Shown here one piece after another: positions 40,204 through 50,257 of a stretch of 64,000 nt of DNA. The DNA is from Thermodesulfobacteriota bacterium (GTDB lineage: Bacteria > Desulfobacterota_D > UBA1144 > Nemesobacterales > Mycalebacteriaceae), in the NCBI GenBank assembly GCA_965198945.1, contig CBDAQI010000010.1:64001-128000 (forward strand), read 5' to 3'. Under the pieces are notes generated by a model, which was not told the DNA's origin, made no database searches, and worked only from the letters and a program-made list of their open reading frames with translations. Each line of letters begins with the position of its first letter. The stretch's first letter is position 1. A program made the position numbers and the translations under genes.

Positions 40204-40731
40204 ATGGCGGCTTATTTCCTTCTAAAAACTGAAGGAAGGGCAATGCCTCACTTGAAATTGATGAAACTCCTCTACCTGTCCGACAGGGAGTGTTTCCGCC
40301 AAAACGGATTTTCAATGTCAGGCGACCTAATGGTTTCAATGAAACATGGCCCGGTTCTTTCAGACACTTTAAACCTGATTAACGGATTTGAGCAGTCCGA
40401 ACCCGGTGGATGGGACAGTATGATTTCCACAAAGAAAAATCATCAGGTCGCCGTCAAGCCGGAAGTTAGTCTTGAGTGTTTGTTTGAGCTTAGCAGGGCG
40501 GACAGAGAGATTATGGATTCAGTTTGGGAGCAGTTCGGCAATATGAACCAATGGGATCTGGTTAAATACACTCACGAAAACTGTCCCGAATGGCAAGACC
40601 CCGGAGATTCTTCTTCTCCCATAGAACTTGATACTCTTTTCAAAGCTCTCGGATTCTCCGAAGTTGAGGCGAAAGAGTTAAAAAAAGAGATACAAGTTCA
40701 GGATTCAATAGACAGGTTTTTCTCTAATTAG
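40204..40731 (+). CDS. Panacea/SocA (DUF4065) antitoxin
   Basis: LKLMKLLYL.DR......G.SM.GD..VSM.HGPV.S, FG.M....L..YTH...PEW. The frame extends upstream (NELKAAE) without a canonical start. Confidence 0.85.
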   Translation: MAAYFLLKTEGRAMPHLKLMKLLYLSDRECFRQNGFSMSGDLMVSMKHGPVLSDTLNLINGFEQSEPGGWDSMISTKKNHQVAVKPEVSLECLFELSRADREIMDSVWEQFGNMNQWDLVKYTHENCPEWQDPGDSSSPIELDTLFKALGFSEVEAKELKKEIQVQDSIDRFFSN

Positions 40732-40743
40732 GTAAGCGGAAAA

Positions 40744-41154
40744 TTGTTTATATCAATGCGCGGAGCAACTTTTCTGCTATCTACGCCTACAGACGATGAT
40801 CCAAACTTGAAACATCTTTTCGTTTTACTTACAAATCCCGTATTTGTTGAGAAAGATAGTTGTGAAAAGATCCTCTTGGCGGGCTTCTCCTCTGCTCGTA
40901 GCGGAAACTACGATAAAACTTGTATCATCAATAAAGGTGAACACCCGTTCTTGAGACAAAAAATTTATGTGGCTTACTGACATGCAAGGATTGAAACTGT
41001 TGAAGATATGGAAGGTTTAATCAATAGCGGGGAAGCAAAGCCTATGGGGTCTATGGAAAAAGAGCTTGTTGACTTAATATGCGAGGGTCTTGAAAAATCA
41101 AAATATACTGCGGGGAAAATTTTGGAGTTTTATAAAATGGCAGTTTTCAAATAA
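40744..41154 (+). pseudogene. putative PemK/MazF-like toxin partner with in-frame TGA at 40978-40980
   Basis: KHLFV.LT.P...LL..FSS.....YD.TC.I..GEHPF....YV.Y*HARI..., continuing in frame to TAA 41154; directly after the Panacea gene. Confidence 0.65.
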
Positions 41155-42711
41155 TTACCTTCCCCTCACCATTCCAATCAATTTTCCCGCTTCTTCAATT
41201 TTTAAAAATTTCGCCGCAAGCATAAAAACCGTTGCCGAAGCTGCTATTGCAATTCCCAGAGCGGCCGTCTGCGGCGCGTAACCTTCGGCAATTTCATAAA
41301 TCACTTTTGCGCAAATCGCAGAGGCAACCGAAATCACAGCCACCTTCAGCCACCAAAGCGTAAAATCCCGTCCCGTGATCTGCCCGACTCTTTTTTTCAA
41401 AAGATAAAGCAGAATGAAAAAATTGACCGCTCCCGAAACCGAGCTTGCAAGCGCGAGCCCGGTGTGTTTCAGCCCGAATACGAAACCGAGCAGGTAGCCA
41501 AACGCCAGGTTTGCCACCAGAGCAACCGCCGCCGCGCGGACGGGAGTTTTTGTGTCCTGAAGAGCGAAAAACGCCGGCGCCATGATTCTTATTCCCGCCA
41601 CCGCCCACAGCCCGACCGAGTATCCGATGAGCGCCTGTGATGAAAAAACCGCGTCCGCGCCGGTGAATTCCCCCCTCTCAAAAAGCACGGAACATATTGG
41701 CAGCGAAAGCGCGATGAGCCCCGCTATTGCGGGCAGTGTTATGAAAAGAGTCATTTTCAAAAGCCCGCCGAAGGTTTCCCTGAAACCCTCCATGTTATCT
41801 TCCGCCGCGCACAGGGAAAGACGCGGCAGAAGAACCGTCGCTATGGCTATTGCCCCGACGCCGAGAGGAAATTCGGTCAGCCGCTCCGCAAAGTAGAGAT
41901 ACGAAACCGTTCCGCTTTCCATATACGAGGCGTATTGCGTGTTCACTATTATGTTCAGGTTGTATACCGCGACTCCGAACAGTTGAGGAACTATTAACAA
42001 CCCCATTTTCTTCAGCAGTGCGGAGTGCCTGACTATGCTGCCGAGCCCCGGGGCGAGTCCGCGCGATTTCAAAAACGGTATGTTTACAACGCTTTTGAGC
42101 ATGCCGCCCGCAAGAACTCCGAGCGCGGCCGCAACCGTGGGCTCATTCCACCTGTCGTGAAAAAGAACAATGGCGGCTATGAACCCCAGATTAAAAGCTA
42201 CCGGAGCAACTGCGGGAGCAAAAAAATGACCGACGGAATTCAGAGCCCCCATTGAGACCGCGGCGAATGACACAAGGATAATATACGGAAACATTATCCG
42301 GAGAAGCGAAACCGCAAGCTCAAAAGTTTCTCCGCCAAAACCCGATGCGAACAGACGCACTATCTCCGGTGCAAACACAATGCACACCGAGGTTATTATC
42401 CCGAGGACGATTAGCAGCGCGGTCATCACCGCCGAAAGCACATCACGCGCGTCAGCGCCGCCACTTTTCTTTATGTGTTCGTTGAAAACCGGAATGAAGG
42501 AAGCAGACAGCATTCCTTCACCGAAAAGCCGTCTGAGGAGGTTCGGTATTCTGAAAGCCACATAGAATGCGTCGCTCTGAGGCCCGGCTCCGACAAAATA
42601 AGCTATTGCAACATCTCTTACATAACCCGCAATCCGGCTTGCAAGCGTCAGCCCGCCAACCATTCCCCAGTTGCGCAGCATGGTCTTTTCCGTGTCGGCG
42701 GAATTTTTCAT
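41155..42711 (-). CDS. murJ: lipid II flippase MurJ
   Basis: T..SRI.GY.RD, DAF.VAFRIPNL.RRLFGEG, YFAERL.EFPLG, F.A.QDTKTP. Confidence 0.96.
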   Translation of the reverse strand: MKNSADTEKTMLRNWGMVGGLTLASRIAGYVRDVAIAYFVGAGPQSDAFYVAFRIPNLLRRLFGEGMLSASFIPVFNEHIKKSGGADARDVLSAVMTALLIVLGIITSVCIVFAPEIVRLFASGFGGETFELAVSLLRIMFPYIILVSFAAVSMGALNSVGHFFAPAVAPVAFNLGFIAAIVLFHDRWNEPTVAAALGVLAGGMLKSVVNIPFLKSRGLAPGLGSIVRHSALLKKMGLLIVPQLFGVAVYNLNIIVNTQYASYMESGTVSYLYFAERLTEFPLGVGAIAIATVLLPRLSLCAAEDNMEGFRETFGGLLKMTLFITLPAIAGLIALSLPICSVLFERGEFTGADAVFSSQALIGYSVGLWAVAGIRIMAPAFFALQDTKTPVRAAAVALVANLAFGYLLGFVFGLKHTGLALASSVSGAVNFFILLYLLKKRVGQITGRDFTLWWLKVAVISVASAICAKVIYEIAEGYAPQTAALGIAIAASATVFMLAAKFLKIEEAGKLIGMVRGR

Positions 42712-42932
42712 TTTCCCGGTTCCGTGCCGACAAATTCAAAATCAACCTCTTCGGATATGGCGGCCAATATGTCGCGGGTCTCAAGCTCAAAATCCGGCGT
42801 TGTGAAAACTCTGATGACCGGGTCTTCGGGGTTTTCCGTCCTGACCCAGATGATATGGGAATATCCTCCGGCGATTGAGTTGAAAACAACATTATCGCTT
42901 TTGTTTTTCAGTTTCAGTGTAAAAACGCTCAA
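42708..42932 (-). CDS. DUF4911-like small protein (start uncertain)
   Basis: D.V.FN.I..GY.....VRT........I....TPD...E...IL.AI pattern; ATGA overlap with murJ. Confidence 0.55.
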   Translation of the reverse strand: MSVFTLKLKNKSDNVVFNSIAGGYSHIIWVRTENPEDPVIRVFTTPDFELETRDILAAISEEVDFEFVGTEPGK

Positions 42933-42971
42933 AAAATTTTCCGTTTTTTTCAGTATGTGGGCATAAGAATG

Positions 42972-43001
42972 TTGCCTTGCGCAAACAGCACGCATTATAC
43001 T
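42972..43001 (+). promoter_or_regulatory. putative dcw-cluster promoter
   Basis: TTGCCT-18 nt-TATACT, then SD GAGGA before rsmH. Confidence 0.5.
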
Positions 43002-43016
43002 AACCGAAGAGGACAG

Positions 43017-43979
43017 ATGAAAACCGCGCCCGTTTCTCAAACAGACGAGACTCCGCACAGTCCCGTAATGGTTGAGGAGGCGGTTTTTCATATCGCTCCC
43101 CGCCCCGGCGGAGTCTATGTTGACGCCACGCTCGGAATGGGCGGGCATGCGAGTGCAATAGTCTCTTCCGCGGGGGAAGGCGCCCGGCTGATAGGGATTG
43201 ACGCGGACGGTGATTCGGCGCGTGTCGCGGAGCGGCGTCTAGGGCATCTCGGCGACCGTGTTTCGGTCTTTAACACAAACTTTACCGGGATAAAGGATGC
43301 GGTCAGTGCTTGCGGAGAGAGCGGAGTGGACGGCATAATTGCCGACCTCGGCATATCAAGCCGCCAGATAGCGCGAAGCGGAAGGGGGTTCAGTTTCAAC
43401 GCGGACGAGCCTCTTGATATGAGAATGGACACGGATCTTGAGATTACGGCCTCGGATATTGTGAACACAATGAGCACACGGGAAATAGCCACAATTATAA
43501 AAAAATACGGCGAAGACAGGTTCGCCCGCAGGATAGCCTCGGAGATTGTAAAAAGCAGGGAAAAAGAACCGATTTCAACTTCGCTGCAGCTTGCCCGCAT
43601 AGTTTCCGGCGCGGTTCCGGCAAAGTTTCACCGGCCGTCACTTCATCCGGCGACAAAAACTTTTCAGGCTCTCAGAATCAAAGTGAACGGCGAAATTGAT
43701 AATCTTGAGATTTTTCTGCACAAAGCCGTTCCTCTTCTGAATAAGGGGGCGAGAATTGTGGTGATATGTTTTCATTCGCTTGAAGACCGGGTCGTGAAAA
43801 GGTTTTTTAATTTTATGAGCGCGGGTTGCGTTTGCCCCCCGGATCTTCCGCAGTGCGGGTGCGGAAAGGAAAAAACCCTTAAAGTGATTACGCGCAGACC
43901 CGTTCTGCCGTCTCCCTCGGAGATTTCAAGAAACCCGCGCGCCCGGAGTTCAAAAATGAGGGTCGGGGAAAGGGTTTAG
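43017..43979 (+). CDS. rsmH: 16S rRNA m4C1402 methyltransferase
   Basis: H.PVM, VDATLG.GGH, DLG.SS.Q, PLDMRMD, FQALRI.VN.E, FHSLEDR.VK, NPRARS.KMR. Confidence 0.97.
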   Translation: MKTAPVSQTDETPHSPVMVEEAVFHIAPRPGGVYVDATLGMGGHASAIVSSAGEGARLIGIDADGDSARVAERRLGHLGDRVSVFNTNFTGIKDAVSACGESGVDGIIADLGISSRQIARSGRGFSFNADEPLDMRMDTDLEITASDIVNTMSTREIATIIKKYGEDRFARRIASEIVKSREKEPISTSLQLARIVSGAVPAKFHRPSLHPATKTFQALRIKVNGEIDNLEIFLHKAVPLLNKGARIVVICFHSLEDRVVKRFFNFMSAGCVCPPDLPQCGCGKEKTLKVITRRPVLPSPSEISRNPRARSSKMRVGERV

Positions 43980-43989
43980 AGGCGCGGCT

Positions 43990-44328
43990 GTGGAGCGGCA
44001 AAAAGCGAAAACAAGACGGCGGGGGCTTCTGTTTGACAGGATTTCCTTTTTTTTCAAGGCCCTTTTAGCCTGTGTCGCATTTGTCGCCGCTCTTGCCGGT
44101 TACATGCGTTTCAGGGTTGAGAAAGTGGCTCTTGCATATGAAATTTCGGAAAACGTGCGTGCGGAAAACCTTCTTATTGATGAAGTCGCGGCGGCGGAGC
44201 TGCGCTACAACAGGGTTTTTTCAAGCAGAAAACTCAGCGAAGCCGCAAAACAAAGAGGATTCAGAGAGCCGCGTCACTCTGATTTTATTTACGAGTCGGA
44301 ACCGGGCGGTGTCGGGGGATTAAAATGA
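43990..44328 (+). CDS. ftsL: cell division protein FtsL-like
   Basis: Basic N-terminus, one TM, coiled coil, A...GF..P; lies between rsmH and ftsI. Confidence 0.7.
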   Translation: MERQKAKTRRRGLLFDRISFFFKALLACVAFVAALAGYMRFRVEKVALAYEISENVRAENLLIDEVAAAELRYNRVFSSRKLSEAAKQRGFREPRHSDFIYESEPGGVGGLK

Positions 44329-46241
44329 GGCCGCCGGTCAGGTTCAGAAACAAAAAGGCTTTTTCACCCCCAAGGCTTTTTTTCTGCGTGGGACTTTTCT
44401 GCATTTTTTTTCTGGCAATCGCCTACAGGGCTCTTGACCTTCAGTTTCTCAATACCGAAAAGGCTTTCAACCACGCAAAAAAACAGCAGGTCGGATATAT
44501 GACCTTAAAGTCAAAAAGAGGCGGAATTTTTGACTCCGCCGGTTCCCTGATAGCGTCAAGCACACAGTCGCATTCCGCATATCTGATACCGAAAGACATA
44601 GAAGATCCCGAAAGTTTTTCGGATGCCGTTGCCGAGATTTCAGGGCTTGATTACGAATTTATTCTTTCCCGCGCTCTCAAAAAGAACAGGTCTTTTGTGT
44701 GGCTGCAAAGAAAAATTTCCCCGGAGGTCTTTGAAAAACTGCAAAGAGCAAGTCTGAAAGGCCTGGCCTTTATAGATGAGCAGAAAAGAGTTTATCCGCA
44801 GGGCTATCTGTTCGGTCCCGTGGTGGGTTTTACAGACACGGATTTGAAGGGAATTGAGGGTCTTGAGTATGCGCTTGACAATTACCTGACCGGAAAGGAC
44901 ATGAGAATAAGAGTGAAAAGAGACGGCAGGGGAGGCTCAATGATTTTCCACACGCCGAATTTTCTTGAGCAGACCAGCGGCGCGAATGTTTATCTGACGA
45001 TTGATTCAAATATTCAGTATGTGGTTGAGGAGGAGCTTGCAAAGGGCGTTGAAAAAACCGGCGCCGAAGGCGGCAGTGCGGTGCTTATGGACCCTCAGAC
45101 CGGACGCATACTTGCGATGGCGTCTTATCCGTTTTTTGACCCCAACAGTTTCTCCGACTATTCGCAGATTCTGAAAAGAAACCTTTCGGTCTGGCAGGCT
45201 TTTGAGCCGGGCTCAATAATGAAGCCGTTTCTCGCGGCTGCGGCGATTGAAGAAGGAGTTGTGGAAGAGAACACGGTTTTTGACTGTGAAAACGGCAAGC
45301 GCAAAATCGGAAGTGTGGAAATCCATGACACTTCACCCCACGGCGAGCTTACGGTTGTTGATACCATTGTTTTTTCAAGCAACATCTGTTCTTCAAAAAT
45401 AGCCGAACTGCTCGGCGCCGGTGTTTATCACAAATATTTGAAAAATTTCGGCTTCGGTTCAAGAAGCGGAACCATGCTTCCCGGAGAGCACAGGGGAATA
45501 ATTCCGTCTCCGAAACGGTGGGGCAGGGTCGGGCTGGCCACAATATCTTTCGGACAGGGCCTTACCGTGAACGCGCTCCAAATGGCGGTCGCGGCCTCTG
45601 TCATAGCAAACGGGGGATACCTGATGGTTCCCCATATAGTTGACAGCGTGGTTGATGTGTCCGGAAACCGGATTGTGAAAAAAACTCCGAAGGTTAAGAG
45701 AAAAGTGATTTCCTACGATGTCGCCCGCACAGTTGCGGAAATAATGGAACAGACCGTTGAGAGGGGGACGGGGAAAAGGGCCGCCGTGAGCGGATACGCG
45801 GTCGCAGGCAAGACCGGAACCGCGCAGGTGGCAAAAGCCGGGGAGCCCGGATATCTGGAAAACACCTACATAGCCTCTTTTCTGGGCTTTGCGCCGGTTG
45901 AGAATCCGCGCATGGCTCTTGTTGTTGTTGTCAACAAACCAAAGAGGTTGAAATACGGCTCTCAGGCGGCCGCTCCGATTTTCGGCGCCATAGCAAAAAG
46001 AACGCTCGGAATTTTTGAAATGCAGACGGCTTCGGAAGATTCTCAACTGCAAAACCGTTCTTTTCCCATGCCGGATCTGCTCGGCAAAAGCGTCCGCGAT
46101 GTGGCACAGTGGGCCGAAACCGCCGGACTTGACCTCAGAATCACCGGCCACGGATTTGCCGTCAAGCAGGAGCCCGAGGCGGACAAACTCATAAAAAGAG
46201 GGCAAAAGTTCTCAGTCTCTTTCACCGGAGACCCGATTTGA
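44325..46241 (+). CDS. ftsI: class B penicillin-binding protein with C-terminal PASTA domain
   Basis: RG.I.D, R.YP.G, G.EG.E, EPGSIMK (SxxK), SSN, GKTGTAQ, MPDL.G.S.R. Confidence 0.93.
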   Translation: MRPPVRFRNKKAFSPPRLFFCVGLFCIFFLAIAYRALDLQFLNTEKAFNHAKKQQVGYMTLKSKRGGIFDSAGSLIASSTQSHSAYLIPKDIEDPESFSDAVAEISGLDYEFILSRALKKNRSFVWLQRKISPEVFEKLQRASLKGLAFIDEQKRVYPQGYLFGPVVGFTDTDLKGIEGLEYALDNYLTGKDMRIRVKRDGRGGSMIFHTPNFLEQTSGANVYLTIDSNIQYVVEEELAKGVEKTGAEGGSAVLMDPQTGRILAMASYPFFDPNSFSDYSQILKRNLSVWQAFEPGSIMKPFLAAAAIEEGVVEENTVFDCENGKRKIGSVEIHDTSPHGELTVVDTIVFSSNICSSKIAELLGAGVYHKYLKNFGFGSRSGTMLPGEHRGIIPSPKRWGRVGLATISFGQGLTVNALQMAVAASVIANGGYLMVPHIVDSVVDVSGNRIVKKTPKVKRKVISYDVARTVAEIMEQTVERGTGKRAAVSGYAVAGKTGTAQVAKAGEPGYLENTYIASFLGFAPVENPRMALVVVVNKPKRLKYGSQAAAPIFGAIAKRTLGIFEMQTASEDSQLQNRSFPMPDLLGKSVRDVAQWAETAGLDLRITGHGFAVKQEPEADKLIKRGQKFSVSFTGDPI

Positions 46242-47729
46242 AATCGGCCGCTTTTAAAGAAATTGCAGCCGCCGTGAATTGCCGAATCTACTCCGGAGAC
46301 CCGCGTGTTCCAATAACGGGGGTCTGCGACCGTTCATCGGAAGTGTCTCCCGGAGATGTTTTTGTCGCCGTCAAGGGTTTGGTCTCAGACGGCCATGACT
46401 ATATTCCCGAAGCTGTTTTAAGGGGCGCCCGCGCGGTTATAACGCAGAGGCGTCTGCCCGGTCTTGATGTTGCGGCCGCGCTTGCGCAAGACTCAAAAGC
46501 GGCGGCCGGGGCGGCGTGCTTTTTTCACGATTACCCCTCACGGTCTTTTGCGCTTGCCGGGGTAACCGGCACGAACGGAAAGACAACCGTCTGCCACCTC
46601 CTGAGCTCGGTCTGGGAGCATTGCGGATACAAACCGGGAATGATCGGCACCGTGGAAATCAAGTGCGGCTCTTTCTCAAAAGAGGCGGTGATGACAACTC
46701 CCGGGGCCGCCAGTCTTCAAAAAATTCTTTCATATATGCGCGACGAAGCTGCGGATAGAGTCTGCATGGAGGTTTCATCCCATTCCATAAATCAACAAAG
46801 GGTTGCCGGCTGCGAATTTGACGCGGCCGTTTTTACGAACATAACACCGGAACATCTGGACTATCACGGAGACATGAAACAATACGCGGAGACAAAAAAG
46901 AGACTTTTTACCGAACTGCTTGAGCAAAGCGGCAAAAAAAAACAAGTTTGCGGTCATCAATATTGATGACCCGTTCGGTGTTCAGATAGCGGACTGTGCT
47001 GCGGGCGATGTGATTTCTTATTCCTCGGCAAGGCGCTCGGCGGATGTTTTTGCGGAAAAATTTTCAATTGACGAAAAGGGAATCAGAGCCTTGGTGCAAA
47101 CCCCGTGGGGAAAACTGCATATCAATTCAAATCTGATAGGCGATTACAACCTTTCCAACATTCTCGCCTCCGTCTCGGTGGCCCTGTGTCTCGGCTCGCC
47201 GGCCGAAGGTGTCGCCTCAGCGCTTTGCTCTCCCGTGTTCGTTCCGGGAAGGCTTGAAAGGGTGGAAAATCAGAGCGCCGCGGTTGATGTTTTTGTTGAT
47301 TACGCCCATACGGCGGACGCTCTTGAGAGGGCTCTCAGGGCGGTTCGTCCGCTGTGCCGTGGCAGGATGTTTGTTGTATTCGGATGTGGCGGTGACAGAG
47401 ACAGAGGTAAACGCCCCGATATGGGGCGTGTTGCGAGCAAGGGCGCTGATGTTGTTGTTTTGACCTCGGACAATCCCCGAAGCGAAAACCCCGCTTCCAT
47501 CATTGAGGAAATTGAGTCGGGAATAAGCGGCGGCATTTGTGAGACGGTGAAAATTACGGACAGACGAGAGGCCATATCTTATGCGGTTTTTTCGGCGGCT
47601 CCCGGAGACTTTGTTCTGATAGCGGGCAAGGGGCATGAAAAGTATCAGGATATAGGCGGTGAGAATTTTGCTTTTGACGACCGGAAGTGTGCGGCTGATT
47701 TTTTGCGGAGGAGGGAAGGCCCGGGTTGA
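46238..47729 (+). CDS. murE: UDP-MurNAc-tripeptide synthetase, frameshifted at the A9 run 46934-46942
   Basis: GVTGTNGKTT, TTP, MEVSSH, EHLDYH in ORF 1; GRLE, VDYAHT.DAL, FGCGGDRD..KR, DNPR, AGKGHE in ORF 2. Removing one A joins them. Confidence 0.93.
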
Positions 47730-49114
47730 TAGAACACGATTTTGTTTTGAAGGCAACGCGCGGACGCGCGGAGGGAGTTTTCCCGGCCGCCTACACGGGG
47801 GTTTCAATTGACTCGCGGGACCTGCCGCGCGGAGGTCTTTTTTTCGCCGTGCGGGGGGAAAGAGACGGGCATGATTACGTCCGCACAGCATTTGAAGCCG
47901 GAGCTTCTGCGGCGGTTGTTGAGAACCGGAGCAAGGGGCTTTTTCAGGGCGCCCGCCCCGGAGAAAATCTGATATTTGTTCCCTCAACCGCCCGTGCTCT
48001 GGCGGATATGGCTCTTGCGTGGAGAAAGAATTTCAAAGATCTGAAAGTTGTCTGCATAACCGGCTCAAGCGGCAAGACGACAACCAAACAGGCGCTTTCA
48101 TGCATTCTTAAATCCGCCGGTCGGCGCGCGGTCGCAAGCAGAAAAAGCTTCAACAACCATCTGGGTCTGCCTCTCACTCTGCTTGAGATGCGCGAGGGGT
48201 GTGAGGTTTGCGTCGCCGAAGTCGGCATCAACCGCCCCGGTGAGATGGACGGGCTTGCGCGCATCGCAGTCCCCGATATGGGGGCGGTTACCAACATAGG
48301 GACCGCTCACATTGGCGGGTTTGGAAGCAGGGAGAGAATTTCTGAGGAAAAAGCGCGGCTTTTCCGTTTTTTCAGTGAGGAAAACCATCTGGCGGTCAAC
48401 CTGGACGACCCTCTTGTGAGCAAAATCTCATCGGATGTCAGTTGTATGAAAACGGGTTTCGGAATCAATTCGCCCGGGGCTGAGGTTTCCGCTTCCGCCG
48501 TCAAAGGCTCCGAGCGTTCGGTGAGTTTCACAATGAAAATAAAGGGGCGGAATTTCCCCGTAACCGCTCCCACGGCGGGCGCGCACAATGTTATGAACTT
48601 TCTGTGCGCAGCTTCTCTCGCGCTTGCACTCGGTTTGTCCGGAGATGAAATCGCGCGCGGAATAGAACGGTTTGAGCCCGCGGAGATGAGGATGCAGGTT
48701 TCACGGATTGCCTGCGGAGCCGCTTTGATAAACGACTTTTATAATTCCAACCCCGATTCGCTGAACGCCGCGCTGGAAGAACTCTTTCAGATGAAAAAAT
48801 CCGGACAAAAAGGAGCGAAGGCGATAGCCGTTCTGGGAGACATGCTGGAACTCGGGGAGTTCAGCCGCAAGTATCACCGTATGGCCGGCGAGAAAGCATC
48901 TCTGTGCGGAGTTGATGTTCTTATAGGTTTTGGAGAAATGGCCGAAGATATGCGCGCGGGCGCGGGCTCAAAAGTTTATTTTGAAAAAACTCTGTCTCAC
49001 GCGGAGGCGGCTGATATAATCAAGGCAATGGCAAAACCCGGCGACTTTATTCTCATTAAAGGCTCGCGCGCAATGGCAATGGAGAAAATAGTGCGGAGGA
49101 TTTCCGGCTCTTAA
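47726..49114 (+). CDS. murF: UDP-MurNAc-pentapeptide synthetase
   Basis: IDSR, ITGSSGKTTTK, FNN.LGLP.TL, ND.YNSNP.S, LGDMLELG, KGSR. Confidence 0.95.
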   Translation: MIEHDFVLKATRGRAEGVFPAAYTGVSIDSRDLPRGGLFFAVRGERDGHDYVRTAFEAGASAAVVENRSKGLFQGARPGENLIFVPSTARALADMALAWRKNFKDLKVVCITGSSGKTTTKQALSCILKSAGRRAVASRKSFNNHLGLPLTLLEMREGCEVCVAEVGINRPGEMDGLARIAVPDMGAVTNIGTAHIGGFGSRERISEEKARLFRFFSEENHLAVNLDDPLVSKISSDVSCMKTGFGINSPGAEVSASAVKGSERSVSFTMKIKGRNFPVTAPTAGAHNVMNFLCAASLALALGLSGDEIARGIERFEPAEMRMQVSRIACGAALINDFYNSNPDSLNAALEELFQMKKSGQKGAKAIAVLGDMLELGEFSRKYHRMAGEKASLCGVDVLIGFGEMAEDMRAGAGSKVYFEKTLSHAEAADIIKAMAKPGDFILIKGSRAMAMEKIVRRISGS

Positions 49115-49134
49115 AACCCGGGCGCACACACCGG

Positions 49135-50250
49135 ATGTTCCATCTTTTTTATCTTCTCAAAGACGACTTGGTTTTGCTGAACATATTCAAGTATGTGACT
49201 TTCCGCTCTTTCGGAGCGGGAGTGTTCGCTTTTTTTCTGAGTGTGCTTCTGGGGGGCAGAGTGATTGCGCTTCTTGAGCGCATAAAGATAAAGGAGAGAA
49301 TACGCCCCGACGGGCCCCGCAACCACATTGTCAAATCCGGCACTCCCACAATGGGGGGTCTTTTCATAGTTTTGTCCGTCATGCTTTCCACCTTTTTATG
49401 GGGGAATCTGACCGAACCGGTTGTCATATTCTCAATTTGTTTTGCCGCCGTGTTCGGGTGTATAGGGTTTGTTGACGATTGGATGAAACTTTCCCGTTCG
49501 CGCGGAATGAGCGCCGGTGTGAAATTCCTTGTTCAAAGCGCGGCCGCGGTGTTTCTGGTTTTAATTTTTCTTGGTATTCAGGATGGGGGCTTCACAATGA
49601 ACATCAGGGCCGGTGAGGCGGTGAGGGAGTATTCGTTCACTTCGGTCGCTTTACCGTTTTTCAAAACCGCGGTTTTTGAATTCGGCTGGATGTATTTCGT
49701 TCTCGCAATTTTTGTTACCATAGGGACTTCAAATGCGGTCAATTTGACTGACGGTCTTGACGGTCTGGCCATAGGTTCCATTATCGTTACAATCGGCGCC
49801 TACTACATTCTCGCTTTTGTGGCCGGCAATGTGACTCTTGCAGACTACCTCCACATTCCATATGTGCGCAACGCCGGTGAATTTGCGGTTTTTCTCGCGG
49901 CCGTGGGGGGGGCGTGTCTGGGATTTTTGTGGCATAACGCATATCCGGCGCGTATTTTTATGGGAGACACCGGCTCGCTTGCGCTCGGGGCGTCCATAGG
50001 GCTTGCCGCTCTTGTTACCAAACAGGAAATGCTTCTTGTTTTAATCGGCGGCATCTTTGTCGCCGAAACGGTTTCGGTTCTGTTGCAGGTTCTGTTTTTT
50101 CGTCTCAAAGGGAAAAGACTTTTCAAAATGGCGCCTCTGCACCACCATTTTGAAAATACGGGATGGCACGAGTCGCAAATAGTCATCCGTTTCTGGATAG
50201 TTTCTTTTGTGCTCGCGCTTATGGCTCTCGCCTCTTTGAAAGTCAGGTGA
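49135..50250 (+). CDS. mraY: phospho-N-acetylmuramoyl-pentapeptide transferase
   Basis: K.GTPTMGG, GF.DD, SNAVNLTDGLDGLA, FMGDTGSL, MAPLHHHFE. Confidence 0.97.
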   Translation: MFHLFYLLKDDLVLLNIFKYVTFRSFGAGVFAFFLSVLLGGRVIALLERIKIKERIRPDGPRNHIVKSGTPTMGGLFIVLSVMLSTFLWGNLTEPVVIFSICFAAVFGCIGFVDDWMKLSRSRGMSAGVKFLVQSAAAVFLVLIFLGIQDGGFTMNIRAGEAVREYSFTSVALPFFKTAVFEFGWMYFVLAIFVTIGTSNAVNLTDGLDGLAIGSIIVTIGAYYILAFVAGNVTLADYLHIPYVRNAGEFAVFLAAVGGACLGFLWHNAYPARIFMGDTGSLALGASIGLAALVTKQEMLLVLIGGIFVAETVSVLLQVLFFRLKGKRLFKMAPLHHHFENTGWHESQIVIRFWIVSFVLALMALASLKVR

Positions 50251-50257
50251 TTCCGGA

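Noticed and set aside
40978..40980. In-frame TGA as selenocysteine
   Set aside because: The context (Y-x-HARI) is not a redox Cys position and no convincing SECIS hairpin follows. A CGA>TGA transition is simpler.
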